Notes: a model not told the origin generated them from the letters alone. 14,410 nucleotides of DNA from Opitutus sp. GAS368 (GCA_945861645.1 CAMAVZ010000040.1:1-14410); one strand, 5' to 3'; numbered from the stretch's first letter, positions 1-9,070 are shown. Program-made: numbers and translations.

Positions 1-882
1 GCGCCCAAGCTGCGCGACCCTTTTAAGTTTGTGGAAACTAATTCGGCCGCGCCGGAAAACATCCCCGACAAAACAGAAAACTTCAGCAACCGGAACCAAC
101 AGTCGGCCCAAGAAGTAGCGGCGAAAGAAAAAGACCTGGAGAATCGCCCCAGCATTGAGGGACAGGATAAAATTAAAAATGATACCGCGATTGTGTCCGG
201 CAATTTAGCCCCGCCGCAGTTGCCGAGTGCACCGAGCCGCGACCCGAGCAAAGATGAAGCGGCTGATCGCGCGGAGCAGTTAGCCCGCGCCGAGCAGGTT
301 CCGTTAAATGGTTTTGAGAAAGTTGAGGGAAAATCGGCGGACGGCATCGCCATGAATCAAGCTAAATCTAAATCTCCTACGACTAACGCCGAGCAGGCGC
401 TGGAGGGAGATCCTAATTCGAAAAATGCGCAAGGCGGTCTCGTCGCCGTGCAGCAGACTAGCCAGGCTCAGCCCAAGGAAAGACCGCGCCTCGCATCGGT
501 CTCGCTCAATCGGACTACTCCCTTAACCACCCGACTATCTGGGGTGGCTAATGTGGGGATCGTGGGCCGCGACGCCCGCTGGAGTGAGTATGGCGAATAT
601 CTGAACGAGATGCTCGAGATTATCCAAGTCACGTGGTACCGAATTTTGGAAGAGAGCCGCGTTTCCCCTCCGCGGGGATCGCACGTGGTGGTCACCTTTA
701 AGATTAATGCCAAGGGCGAAACGGATATCGTCAAAGTCGAGGATGCCGATAGCGGCAAACAAGGAGTTTTCTCCTGCCAAAATGCGATCACCTATCCGCA
801 ACCTTATCGTAAGTGGTCGCAGCAGATGATCGCCGTCTTGGGCGAGCAACAGGAACTCACCATCGCTTTTTATTACCAATGA
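1..882 (+). CDS. 5'-truncated protein with low-complexity Pro/Ala/Gln-rich linker and C-terminal TonB/TolA-C-like domain
   Basis: Frame is open from base 1 (APKLRDPFKFVETN...), so the real start is upstream of the window. A disordered middle is followed by helix YGEYLNEMLEIIQVTW, strand-turn VVVTFKINAKGE, a helix and a final strand, the TonB_C/TolA-III pattern. Stop overlaps the next start (ATGA). Confidence 0.6.
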   Translation, partial: APKLRDPFKFVETNSAAPENIPDKTENFSNRNQQSAQEVAAKEKDLENRPSIEGQDKIKNDTAIVSGNLAPPQLPSAPSRDPSKDEAADRAEQLARAEQVPLNGFEKVEGKSADGIAMNQAKSKSPTTNAEQALEGDPNSKNAQGGLVAVQQTSQAQPKERPRLASVSLNRTTPLTTRLSGVANVGIVGRDARWSEYGEYLNEMLEIIQVTWYRILEESRVSPPRGSHVVVTFKINAKGETDIVKVEDADSGKQGVFSCQNAITYPQPYRKWSQQMIAVLGEQQELTIAFYYQ

Positions 883-1637
883 GTGCCCTCGCCGCAGATT
901 TCTGGACCACGCTGCCGTTGGCGACGGGTGTTCACTTGCTCGCCGGCGATGCCAATGGGCTAGCCGCCTTTGATAAACCTTTCGGGGTGCTCTCCCATCC
1001 CAATTCATCGCAGGATGAACCGCGCTCCTTGCTGACCTGTCGTTACGACAAAGATACCCAATGTTTTAGCTGGAAGGCGGCCGACGGCAGTGAGCGTCAG
1101 TTGTGGCTGCTCAACCGACTCGATTCGGCTACTTCCGGCGTGATCCTCACTGCGGCCAGTGAGAAATTGGCGATCGCGATTCGCGAGCATTACCTGAAAA
1201 AACAGGTAACCAAAATTTATCAGGCGTTGGTTTTTGGCCAACCCCACAAGAATTCGGAATCATGGTACGATCAAGTCGCGGTAAAAAATATTCGCGGCCA
1301 ATTGCGCACCTCGCTCATCGGCAACGTGCCGGCCGAAACGCTTTACCGTTTAATTAAGCACACCCAGCGGAATTTTTCGACCTCCTTGATTCGCCTCGAA
1401 CCGCTCACCGGGCGGAGTCATCAACTGCGGGTGCAATGTGCCAAACGCCATTCCCCGATTATTGGTGATCAAACGTACGGCGATTTTGCCCGTAATCGTT
1501 CCTTTGCCAAGGCGACTAAAAATAAACGGCTCTTTTTGCATTCACTCGAAACCAGCTTCACCTACGAGTTCGCTGGCCGCACCTGCGCCTTTAAAGCCAC
1601 GGCCCCTCTGCCGGCCGACTTTACGACTGTTTATTAA
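879..1637 (+). CDS. RluA-family RNA pseudouridine synthase (no S4 domain)
   Basis: Motifs DKPFGVLSHP, NRLDSATSGV (catalytic Asp), TGRSHQLRVQ, GDQTYG, LFLHS. Start moved from 813 to ATG 879, which forms an ATGA overlap with the upstream stop. Confidence 0.92.
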   Translation: MSALAADFWTTLPLATGVHLLAGDANGLAAFDKPFGVLSHPNSSQDEPRSLLTCRYDKDTQCFSWKAADGSERQLWLLNRLDSATSGVILTAASEKLAIAIREHYLKKQVTKIYQALVFGQPHKNSESWYDQVAVKNIRGQLRTSLIGNVPAETLYRLIKHTQRNFSTSLIRLEPLTGRSHQLRVQCAKRHSPIIGDQTYGDFARNRSFAKATKNKRLFLHSLETSFTYEFAGRTCAFKATAPLPADFTTVY

Positions 1638-1726
1638 AAAAGAGTCCGCAGTCGAACCGACCTGGAGTGAGGGCATTCCTCAAAGAGCACTCGACCGGTC
1701 GGCCTAGCGGCGCCGCCGGCGTATTT

Positions 1727-4300
1727 TTACAGCAAATCTAGCTGAGCATCGGCCACCGGTAGTACGGAAATTTTCTTCTTCGGCTGCACTTTGGGCGAAG
1801 GCGAGGGCAACGCTACCGCAGTGTCATCGGATTCGAGCTTTTCGAGAATGGTTTTAGCGCGCTCGATAACGCTCAGCGGCAATCCGGCCAAGCGGGCCAC
1901 CTGAATCCCATAACTACGATCAGCTGCCCCTGGAACCACTCGGCGGACAAAGACGATCTCGTCATTCCATTCCTTCACGGCCACGGAGTAATTTTTTAAA
2001 CGCGGGAGGTGTTTATCCAGTTGCGTTAACTCTTGGTAATGGGTGGCAAATAAAGTTCGCGGACCGGCCTCGGCCGCGCGATGCAGATGTTCGACCACCG
2101 CCCACGCAATACTCAGTCCGTCATAGGTCGAAGTACCGCGACCAATTTCGTCGAGGATGATGAGCGAGCGATCCGTCGCATTATTGAGAATATTCGCGGT
2201 CTCATTCATCTCGACCATGAAGGTTGAATTGCCCCGAGCGAGATCGTCGCTGGCTCCAACCCGCGAGAAAATGCGATCGACCAGTCCAATGCGGCAGGCT
2301 TTAGCGGGCACCCAACTGCCGATTTGCGCGAGGAGGGTGATCAAAGCAACTTGCCGAATGTAAGTTGATTTACCCGCCATGTTTGGCCCGGTGATCAGCA
2401 TGATTTGCGCCGACGCCGCAGACAGCGCGGTGTCATTGGGCACAAAAGTGTAACTGCCCGCTAGCCCGAGGCGTGCTTGTTTCATCATTTGCTCCACGAC
2501 CGGATGACGACCATCGCTGATGCTCAAGATTTCCCCGTCATCGATCTGGGGTTGGCAATAATCCCACTCGCGAGCTAAGACCGCCCAGCCCGCTAAAACA
2601 TCTAATTCGGCCAACGCCTCAGCCGTGCACGTTAGCGCCGCGGACTCCGCCAAGACCGCGCTCACTAAAGCGCCAAATAATTCGAGCTCGCGGGCGAGCG
2701 ATTTTTCCTCGGCGGAGAAAATTTCTTTTTCTTTCAGCTTGAGCTCTTCGGTTACGTACCGTTCGCCACTGACCGTGGTCTGCTTGCGAATGTAATTGGC
2801 GGGCACCTGCGCGAGATTGGCTTTTGTGATTTCGATGTAATAGCCAAACACGGAAGTGTAACGAACCTTGAGACTGCGGATACCCGAGCGCTCCTGCTCT
2901 GTGCGTTCGAGCTTCGCGAGCCAAGTTTTATTATCAGTCGTCAGGCTGCGGAGACGGTCGAGCTCGGCGTCATAGCCAGCGCGGATATAATTTCCGTCTT
3001 GCAGGTCATTGGGCAGCGTGTCCGCCAGGGCGGCTGCTAATAAATCCCGCAACGCGGGTAAGTCTGTCAGCCGCTGCCGGAGTCGGGAGATTTCACCACC
3101 GTGGGCCCCCACGAGGGGCGTATCCAGTTGGTCGAGACAGCCTATAATAATGGGTAACTGCTCCAGGGTGTCCTTCACGCCACCTAACTCGCGCGGATTG
3201 CGCAGGCGATTTTGCAGGCGACCAAGAATTCGGGGTATGTCGCGAACTTTCTGCAGAAGCTCGCGCACTTGCGCGAGATCGCTTGGCTGATTGAGCAGTT
3301 CACCGACGATCGTTTGCCGACGAATAATTTCGGGTAATTCGAGAGTCGGGGAGGCTAGCCAGCGCTCGAGTAAACGGGAACCAGCGGCGGTCGTGTTGCG
3401 ATCAATCGCCCCGAGCAACGAGGCCTCGCGGGTGCCGCGGGCGGATTGAAAAATCTCTAAATTCCGGAGGGTCGCCGGATCAAGCAGCAGGGTACGCGTG
3501 CTGCGATACTCTTGTAATGAACAGAGGTTTTCAGGTTTCGCGCAGAGATTTTCCGTAGCGTAATAAATGACGGCCCCAGCGGCGCCCAACGCGAGATGTT
3601 CGTGCGTAAGACCAAAACCCTGCAGGTTAAGCACGCCGAGTGTCTCCATCACCAGCTGGGCACCACTCGCGGTCCCGAAATGGTAGCCGGGTAATTCGGA
3701 GCAAAGGCGGGCCGCGCAGAATTGATGCAGCGCACGGATGGCATGCTCCTCATGCGGCGCGTTTTGCCACTGAGTGAGCGCGCCTTCCATGATGACCAGT
3801 TCGGCCGGATCTAACGCCGTGAGGACCGGTAATAAATTTTCGGCGCGGGCCTCAGTCGCCAAGCGAAATTCCCCCGTCGACAGATCCAGCCAAGCAGCAT
3901 GCAGGCCAGCTTGGTCGTAAGTGAGCGCGCAGAGATAATGATTCTTCGCGGCATCGAGCTGACTGGCAGCGAGTGTCGTCCCAGGTGATAAAATTCGCGT
4001 GAGGTGCCGCTTCACCAATTTACCGGCCTTCGCCGGTTCGGCTTGATCGCAAAACGCAACTTTTTTGCCAGCGGCGAGTAACTTGCTGACATAATTGTCG
4101 GCCGCATGATGGGGAATGCCGGCCATGGGAGTTTCTTGGCGCTTCGTCAAAGTAATGCCCAGCAAGCGCGAGCCAATTTCGGCATCCTCAAAAAACATCT
4201 CATAAAAGTCGCCGAGCCGGAAAAGCAGGAGGGTATTCGCAGGCAAGCCGCGTTTGACCTCGAAATACTGCTGCAGCATGGGCGTTAACTTCTCTGACAT
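1727..4300 (-). CDS. mutS: DNA mismatch repair protein MutS (MutS1)
   Basis: TPMLQQY N-terminus, mismatch-recognition GDFYEMF, Walker A GPNMAGKST, STFMVEM, Walker B IILDEIGRGT, SYGIQVARLAGLP; 857 aa. Confidence 0.99.
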   Translation of the reverse strand: MSEKLTPMLQQYFEVKRGLPANTLLLFRLGDFYEMFFEDAEIGSRLLGITLTKRQETPMAGIPHHAADNYVSKLLAAGKKVAFCDQAEPAKAGKLVKRHLTRILSPGTTLAASQLDAAKNHYLCALTYDQAGLHAAWLDLSTGEFRLATEARAENLLPVLTALDPAELVIMEGALTQWQNAPHEEHAIRALHQFCAARLCSELPGYHFGTASGAQLVMETLGVLNLQGFGLTHEHLALGAAGAVIYYATENLCAKPENLCSLQEYRSTRTLLLDPATLRNLEIFQSARGTREASLLGAIDRNTTAAGSRLLERWLASPTLELPEIIRRQTIVGELLNQPSDLAQVRELLQKVRDIPRILGRLQNRLRNPRELGGVKDTLEQLPIIIGCLDQLDTPLVGAHGGEISRLRQRLTDLPALRDLLAAALADTLPNDLQDGNYIRAGYDAELDRLRSLTTDNKTWLAKLERTEQERSGIRSLKVRYTSVFGYYIEITKANLAQVPANYIRKQTTVSGERYVTEELKLKEKEIFSAEEKSLARELELFGALVSAVLAESAALTCTAEALAELDVLAGWAVLAREWDYCQPQIDDGEILSISDGRHPVVEQMMKQARLGLAGSYTFVPNDTALSAASAQIMLITGPNMAGKSTYIRQVALITLLAQIGSWVPAKACRIGLVDRIFSRVGASDDLARGNSTFMVEMNETANILNNATDRSLIILDEIGRGTSTYDGLSIAWAVVEHLHRAAEAGPRTLFATHYQELTQLDKHLPRLKNYSVAVKEWNDEIVFVRRVVPGAADRSYGIQVARLAGLPLSVIERAKTILEKLESDDTAVALPSPSPKVQPKKKISVLPVADAQLDLL

Positions 4301-4408
4301 AGAGCGTTTTTATTGCACCACCGAGAGGCGAAGGGCACGAAAATAATGCACGCAAGTCTGAGCTAATTTTCTCTTGGTTTTGGTGGCCTTACTGTCCTTC
4401 GTGGCTCC

Positions 4409-5179
4409 GTGGCTACTTTATATCATGCTGATCTTGGTGGCGCGGGCCAGCCACCTCTCTTGCTGCTTCACGGTATGCTGGGTTCTTCGCGCAATTGGCA
4501 AACCACCGGACGAGACCTCGCGCAGGCCTATCATGTGATCGCCTTGGATGCGCGCAATCATGGTCATTCTTCGCATGAGCCAGTCATGAATTATGCAGTC
4601 ATGGTCGCTGATCTGGTCCAATGGATGGACCAGCAAGGACTGGCCCAGGCGACCGTCGTCGGTCACAGTATGGGCGGTAAAACTGCCATGCTCATGGCCT
4701 GCCAACACCCCGAACGAATCCAACGCTTAGTGGTCGTGGATATCGCGCCGAAAGATTATTTCTGGCCCGCGCATCGTGCCGAATTTGCCGCCTTGAATGA
4801 ACTCAACCTTAACAATCTAGTCTCGCGCCAGGATGCCGAGGAGCGATTGGCCGCACGAATTTCCAACTATGGACTGCGGAAGTTTTTGATTACCAATCTT
4901 GAGCATGATGAGGCGGGGACGTGGCGCTGGGTGATTAATTTACCCGTGCTGACCGCCGCGTTGCCAGTCATGGAAGAAAACTGCCTGCAACCTACCGACA
5001 CTTATCGCGGGCCCACTTTATTTATAGCGGGGGCAAATTCCCTCTATCTGCCCCCGAGTGATCACGCGCTTGTTTTAAGCCATTTTCCCCAGGCGCGCAT
5101 CGCGATTATTCCTGAAGCAGGGCACAATCCCCACGTTGAGCAACGCGCGGAGTTCGTTCGACAACTGCTAGTGGTATAA
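4409..5179 (+). CDS. Alpha/beta-fold esterase, YbfF/ABHD11-like
   Basis: LLHGMLGSSRNW, DARNHG, nucleophile elbow GHSMGG, VVDIAP, catalytic His in AGHNPH; GTG start. Confidence 0.9.
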   Translation: MATLYHADLGGAGQPPLLLLHGMLGSSRNWQTTGRDLAQAYHVIALDARNHGHSSHEPVMNYAVMVADLVQWMDQQGLAQATVVGHSMGGKTAMLMACQHPERIQRLVVVDIAPKDYFWPAHRAEFAALNELNLNNLVSRQDAEERLAARISNYGLRKFLITNLEHDEAGTWRWVINLPVLTAALPVMEENCLQPTDTYRGPTLFIAGANSLYLPPSDHALVLSHFPQARIAIIPEAGHNPHVEQRAEFVRQLLVV

Positions 5180-5231
5180 TTCTAAAAATCTCGTGGGAAA
5201 TGCGCCGGCTACGGCAACCCATCGGTCAAGG

Positions 5232-6215
5232 TTAACGCATGGACCAAAGGCGCAGTGACGTAAGCAGAAAATCCTCGAACGCGGCGGATTCATTAAAATT
5301 AACCCGCAGCAATCCGGCGTTGTGCTCGAGTTTTTCAATTGAGGCCGTCAGGGCGCGACGCACGGAATCGTCGCCGGCCAATAACCGTTCTTGGGCAAAG
5401 GTCCGTGTCGCTTGCTCAATTTCAATAAATAGTTTCTGCCGGATACCGTTGGCGATACCGGTCTCAATCGCGATCTGCTCATCGTCATCGAGGTCGTCAG
5501 GTAACTTGGCCTGTTGGGTTTTCCAAATGGTCTCCGTGGCGGCACCGAGAATGGCATTGAAGCGGGTAATGAGTCCGTAGACGCCCATGACCTGATCAGC
5601 GATGGTCCGTTTATCCGGTTTCCCGGCGGCTAATTGCTGCAGCCAGGCCGCATAATCGGTGCGGGTTGAGCGCCAGAGTTTTTGCGTAGCTTCATCAGCA
5701 TCAATCAGCGCTTCGCTCCCTGAATCAGTGAAGCGAAAATGGAGGCAGCGGCTGCGGATGGTCGGCAGCAAGGCGTAGGGTCGAGTCGTGAGGAGCAAGA
5801 TCGTCGTGCTCGGGGTGGGCTCTTCCAGGGTCTTCAGGAAGACGTTAGCCGCGGGCGTGTTCATCCGGTCGGCTTCGTAAATAACGGCAACCTTGCGCGT
5901 GGAAATAGCGCAGGATATTTGCATCTTCCCGATGAGTTCACGCGTGCTCCCGACGTCGATCAGGCGCATTTTACCGGCCGGACGTAGGGCGTGAAAATCG
6001 GGATGCTGTTTCGGTGGAAAATTTTGCGGGTTCTGCCGCGGATCATTCAGCAGCCGATCAGCAATGGCATGAGCGACGATGGCCAGGGTGCCGAGATTTT
6101 CTCCGTGAAGTAAGAGACTATGCGCCAGACGCTGACGGTTGATGGCTCGTTCAATCACGGTCACCGTGGGGGTGCCATCAAGCGCAGGGGGCCAAGGTAA
6201 GGGCGTAGCCGGCAT
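5232..6215 (-). CDS. holB: DNA polymerase III delta-prime (clamp loader) subunit
   Basis: HPDF, KVAVIYEADRMNTPAANVFLKTLEEP, LLPTIRSRC (SRC motif). Lies directly downstream of tmk, the conserved order. Start placed at ATG 6215 (MPATPLPW), 14 bp after the tmk stop. Confidence 0.9.
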   Translation of the reverse strand: MPATPLPWPPALDGTPTVTVIERAINRQRLAHSLLLHGENLGTLAIVAHAIADRLLNDPRQNPQNFPPKQHPDFHALRPAGKMRLIDVGSTRELIGKMQISCAISTRKVAVIYEADRMNTPAANVFLKTLEEPTPSTTILLLTTRPYALLPTIRSRCLHFRFTDSGSEALIDADEATQKLWRSTRTDYAAWLQQLAAGKPDKRTIADQVMGVYGLITRFNAILGAATETIWKTQQAKLPDDLDDDEQIAIETGIANGIRQKLFIEIEQATRTFAQERLLAGDDSVRRALTASIEKLEHNAGLLRVNFNESAAFEDFLLTSLRLWSMR

Positions 6216-6229
6216 GGGATGAGCGTGCT

Positions 6230-6877
6230 TTAACCGAGCACGCGTTGCACTGCGGTGCGGATGAGCAGTTCCAGCGCGTCGAGCGGCAAGGTGCCGTCGG
6301 CCACGATAATTCTTTTGGGGCACGCCCGTGCTAGTTGTAGATAACCTTCCCGAATTTTTTTATAAAAAGTCTGCCCTTCGCGCTCCATTCGATCCGGTAA
6401 GTTGGAAGCCCGTCCGCGCACGCGGTCGAGGCTAACCTCAGTGGGAATATCAATCAGGATCGTCAGCTGCGGCATCACCCCGCCGATAGCGAATTGATTA
6501 ATCGCGCGAACTGGATCCGCCGCGAGGTTGCGGGCTAGCCCTTGGTAAACAGTTGAAGAATCGAGAAAGCGATCACTTAACACCACCGCACCACGCGCGA
6601 GGGCCGGGGAGATTACCTCGCGAACCACTTGCGCCCGGGCCGCGGTAAAGAGGAGGAGTTCAGTTTCAGGACACATTTCGTCGCCCTTGGCATTGTGGAC
6701 GATAATGTTGCGAATTTGTTCGCCAATCTCGGTGCCACCGGGCTCGCGGGTCGTGACCACCTCGCGCCCTGATCGTTGCAGAAAGCTAGTGAGGCGCGCT
6801 ATCTGGGTTGATTTTCCGCTGCCTTCCGAACCTTCGAAGGTGATAAATTTTCCGAGTAATGGGGGGGGGAGCGGCAT
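6230..6877 (-). CDS. tmk: Thymidylate kinase
   Basis: FITFEGSEGSGKSTQ P-loop, TREPGGT, LLFTAARAQ, DRFLDSSTVYQG, DRMERE. Start placed at ATG 6877 rather than 6934. Confidence 0.96.
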   Translation of the reverse strand: MPLPPPLLGKFITFEGSEGSGKSTQIARLTSFLQRSGREVVTTREPGGTEIGEQIRNIIVHNAKGDEMCPETELLLFTAARAQVVREVISPALARGAVVLSDRFLDSSTVYQGLARNLAADPVRAINQFAIGGVMPQLTILIDIPTEVSLDRVRGRASNLPDRMEREGQTFYKKIREGYLQLARACPKRIIVADGTLPLDALELLIRTAVQRVLG

Positions 6878-6991
6878 GAGAAAAAGGGCGCTACCAACGA
6901 ACAAAAGGATCGGCCGGCGCGCAATCAGATTCAAACGTCCACCGCCACAATCATGTGATGGGTTATGAGGCTGAAGCTCCCTTACTTTTAG

Positions 6992-7026
6992 ATTTAGAAC
7001 TTCGCCATTAATTTAGAATTTCCATT
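6992..7026. repeat. Imperfect tandem direct repeat ATTTAGAA(C/T)TT..CCATT in the tmk/tolQ divergent promoter region
   Basis: ATTTAGAACTTCGCCATT (6992-7009) and ATTTAGAATTTCCATT (7011-7026), starts 19 bp apart. Confidence 0.6.
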
Positions 7027-7062
7027 GATTGCGTCGCCCAAACGCTGCCACACTCGTCTCAC

Positions 7063-7767
7063 ATGCTCAGTCTTTTACCTCCGCTCTTCGCCGCATCCAC
7101 CATTAACGTCTGGCACGTCTTCATGACCACCGACCCCGTGGGTCAAGCGGTCATCGGGCTGCTGGCGGTCTTCAGTATTTTTGCTTGGGCCGTCATGCTC
7201 GGAAAATATTCGGATCTAAAAAAGATGCGTGAGTTAAATTTATTGTTCGAGCGCAAGCTTGGGCAGGAGAGCCACATTCTCAATTTGCCCGATACGCTAA
7301 AAAATCGCCGCGATATTCCTTACGCTGATTTGCTGGCCGACGCGCTCGAAGCGTACTGGCGCGCTGCCGCGATCGGTAAAGAAAAAGGCGATGACCAAAT
7401 GCGCTCCCGCCTCGAACATGCCGAAAACGCGATTCAACGCGCCTTGGCCCGCCAGTCCTTACGCTACGAATCGAGTATGATCATTCTCGCCTCACTCGTT
7501 TCCGGCGCACCTTTCATGGGCCTCTTCGGAACGGTGTGGGGTATCATGGAAGCGTTTAGCGCGGTCTCCGTGATGCAAAGCGCCAGCATCCAGACGCTCG
7601 CTCCGGGCGTCTCGGCGGCGCTCCTGACGACCATTGCCGGCCTCGTGGTCGCGATACCCTCGGTGTTTGGCTACAATATCCTACTCGGTCATGCTAAAAC
7701 GATGATCACCGAGCTGGAGAATTATGCCAGCAACCTGGCCGACCGCATCGAGCTCGAAGCTAAATAA
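7063..7767 (+). CDS. MotA/TolQ/ExbB proton channel protein
   Basis: Three hydrophobic segments; APFMGLFGTVWGIMEAF and APGVSAALLTTIAGLVVAIPS; first gene of a three-gene operon. Confidence 0.95.
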   Translation: MLSLLPPLFAASTINVWHVFMTTDPVGQAVIGLLAVFSIFAWAVMLGKYSDLKKMRELNLLFERKLGQESHILNLPDTLKNRRDIPYADLLADALEAYWRAAAIGKEKGDDQMRSRLEHAENAIQRALARQSLRYESSMIILASLVSGAPFMGLFGTVWGIMEAFSAVSVMQSASIQTLAPGVSAALLTTIAGLVVAIPSVFGYNILLGHAKTMITELENYASNLADRIELEAK

Positions 7768-7775
7768 GCCCCGCC

Positions 7776-8198
7776 ATGGCCAGAATTTTTCGAAGGCAGC
7801 GCAATCTGCATCCGGTGGCGGAACTCAATGTCACCAACATGGTGGACTTGGGCTTCACCCTGCTGATCATTTTCATGATTACCACGCCCTTGATTCAATC
7901 AGAGCAAACCATTCCCGTGAACCTGCCGGTCGAGAGTAAAAAGGCGCAGGATGTTTTGCCGGAGACAGAATTTCAGGTCGTTTCAATCGACAAGGCCGGC
8001 AATTTTTATTTTAGCCAGAAGCGCGTCAGTTTTTCGGAACTCTCCAGCAATCTCGCCGCGCTTGCCGCCAAGCCCAAGCAGCCCGTGATTCGCATCCGCG
8101 CTGATCTCAGTTTACAATGGCAGCAGGTCGTGCGGGTCATGGATGTGATTAAGAAAAATAACCTCACTAAGATTACATTCGATACCGACGCTAAGTGA
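7776..8198 (+). CDS. ExbD/TolR family protein
   Basis: ELNVTNMVDLGFTLLIIFMITTP (conserved TM Asp), IPVNLP, IRAD, VVRVMDVIK. Confidence 0.95.
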   Translation: MARIFRRQRNLHPVAELNVTNMVDLGFTLLIIFMITTPLIQSEQTIPVNLPVESKKAQDVLPETEFQVVSIDKAGNFYFSQKRVSFSELSSNLAALAAKPKQPVIRIRADLSLQWQQVVRVMDVIKKNNLTKITFDTDAK

Positions 8199-8202
8199 CG
8201 CG

Positions 8203-9012
8203 ATGCGCGCTAATTCGCCCAGTTCGATTGTTGTTTCGCTCAGTATTCATTCTTTTGTCGCCGCGGTCATTTTTCTCTCGACCGTCTACGTCGCGCAGCG
8301 CGAACAGCCTCCCGTGATTTTTGAATTAGTGGCGGGGCCACCGACCGCCCCCGAGCAGCTCGTGGCCCCTGCGTTGGGCAATACGCCAGATGTGGTAAAA
8401 TTGGCGGTCCCCCCGGCGGCGACGCCCCCGGAAAAAGCGCCCGAGCCGGAAGTTGCCGAAACTCCGCCTGCGCCGCCCATGGAAGCGGTGACGCCCCCGC
8501 CGGCTAAGGTTAAGCCTGATACCTCGATTGTTAGACAGCTCAAACGCAGTGAGAAAATGTCCTATCAACAATATTTGAAGAAACATCCCACGCCCAAGCC
8601 TGCGGCCGCGGCCAACCCTAAAACAGGCAAAGTTCCGCGAATTGATGCGCAGGGTATTGCGAATGGAGTAAGGGGAGGCTCGACCACCAATCTGAAAGGT
8701 GGCGGCGGCGGCAAGGCCTTGAGTCGAGAGGAGCAAAACGAGCTCAATACTTACATTTCATTTCTCCTCACCGCGCTCAAGGAAGCCCATGAGCCGCCTC
8801 CTGGGGTGAGCGATCAATTAGAGGCTAAGGTTACCTTTGATATCACTGCGAGCGGATCGATTTTGAACCCGCGGATTTCAAAATCATCTGGTAATCACGA
8901 GTTCGATCAGTCGGTACTCCAAGCCTTCCGAAAGATCCGGTCGATTGGGCCAACCCCCACGGGCAAAGCCGATACCTGGACGGTTGGTTTCAAGCTGAAA
9001 GACGAATCATAA
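8203..9012 (+). CDS. TolA/TonB family energy transducer
   Basis: N-terminal TM helix with S-x3-H (SLSIH), Pro/Ala/Glu-rich linker, C-terminal VTFDITASGSILNPRISKSSGNHEFDQSVLQAF. Confidence 0.9.
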   Translation: MRANSPSSIVVSLSIHSFVAAVIFLSTVYVAQREQPPVIFELVAGPPTAPEQLVAPALGNTPDVVKLAVPPAATPPEKAPEPEVAETPPAPPMEAVTPPPAKVKPDTSIVRQLKRSEKMSYQQYLKKHPTPKPAAAANPKTGKVPRIDAQGIANGVRGGSTTNLKGGGGGKALSREEQNELNTYISFLLTALKEAHEPPPGVSDQLEAKVTFDITASGSILNPRISKSSGNHEFDQSVLQAFRKIRSIGPTPTGKADTWTVGFKLKDES

Positions 9013-9070
9013 AAAGTCCTTGCATTCGGAGGTTAAAACTTTCTCTTAGGCCCTTCGTTAGTTGAGTGAC

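Noticed and set aside
813..878. Longer N-terminus for the pseudouridine synthase in the ORF track
   Set aside because: Overlaps the upstream CDS by 70 bp; ATG 879 gives a standard ATGA coupling.
4329..4401. Imperfect inverted repeat CGAAGGGCA / TGTCCTTCG in the mutS-esterase divergent spacer
   Set aside because: Only 8 of 9 matches over a 55-bp gap; compatible with chance and not assignable to a promoter or operator.
6216..6323. Arg-rich N-terminal extension of HolB
   Set aside because: Overlaps the tmk 3' end in another frame and does not look like HolB sequence.
8330..8520. Repetitive CCG/GCG-rich tract
   Set aside because: Explained by the Pro/Ala-rich linker of the TolA/TonB protein; not a CRISPR or tandem DNA repeat.
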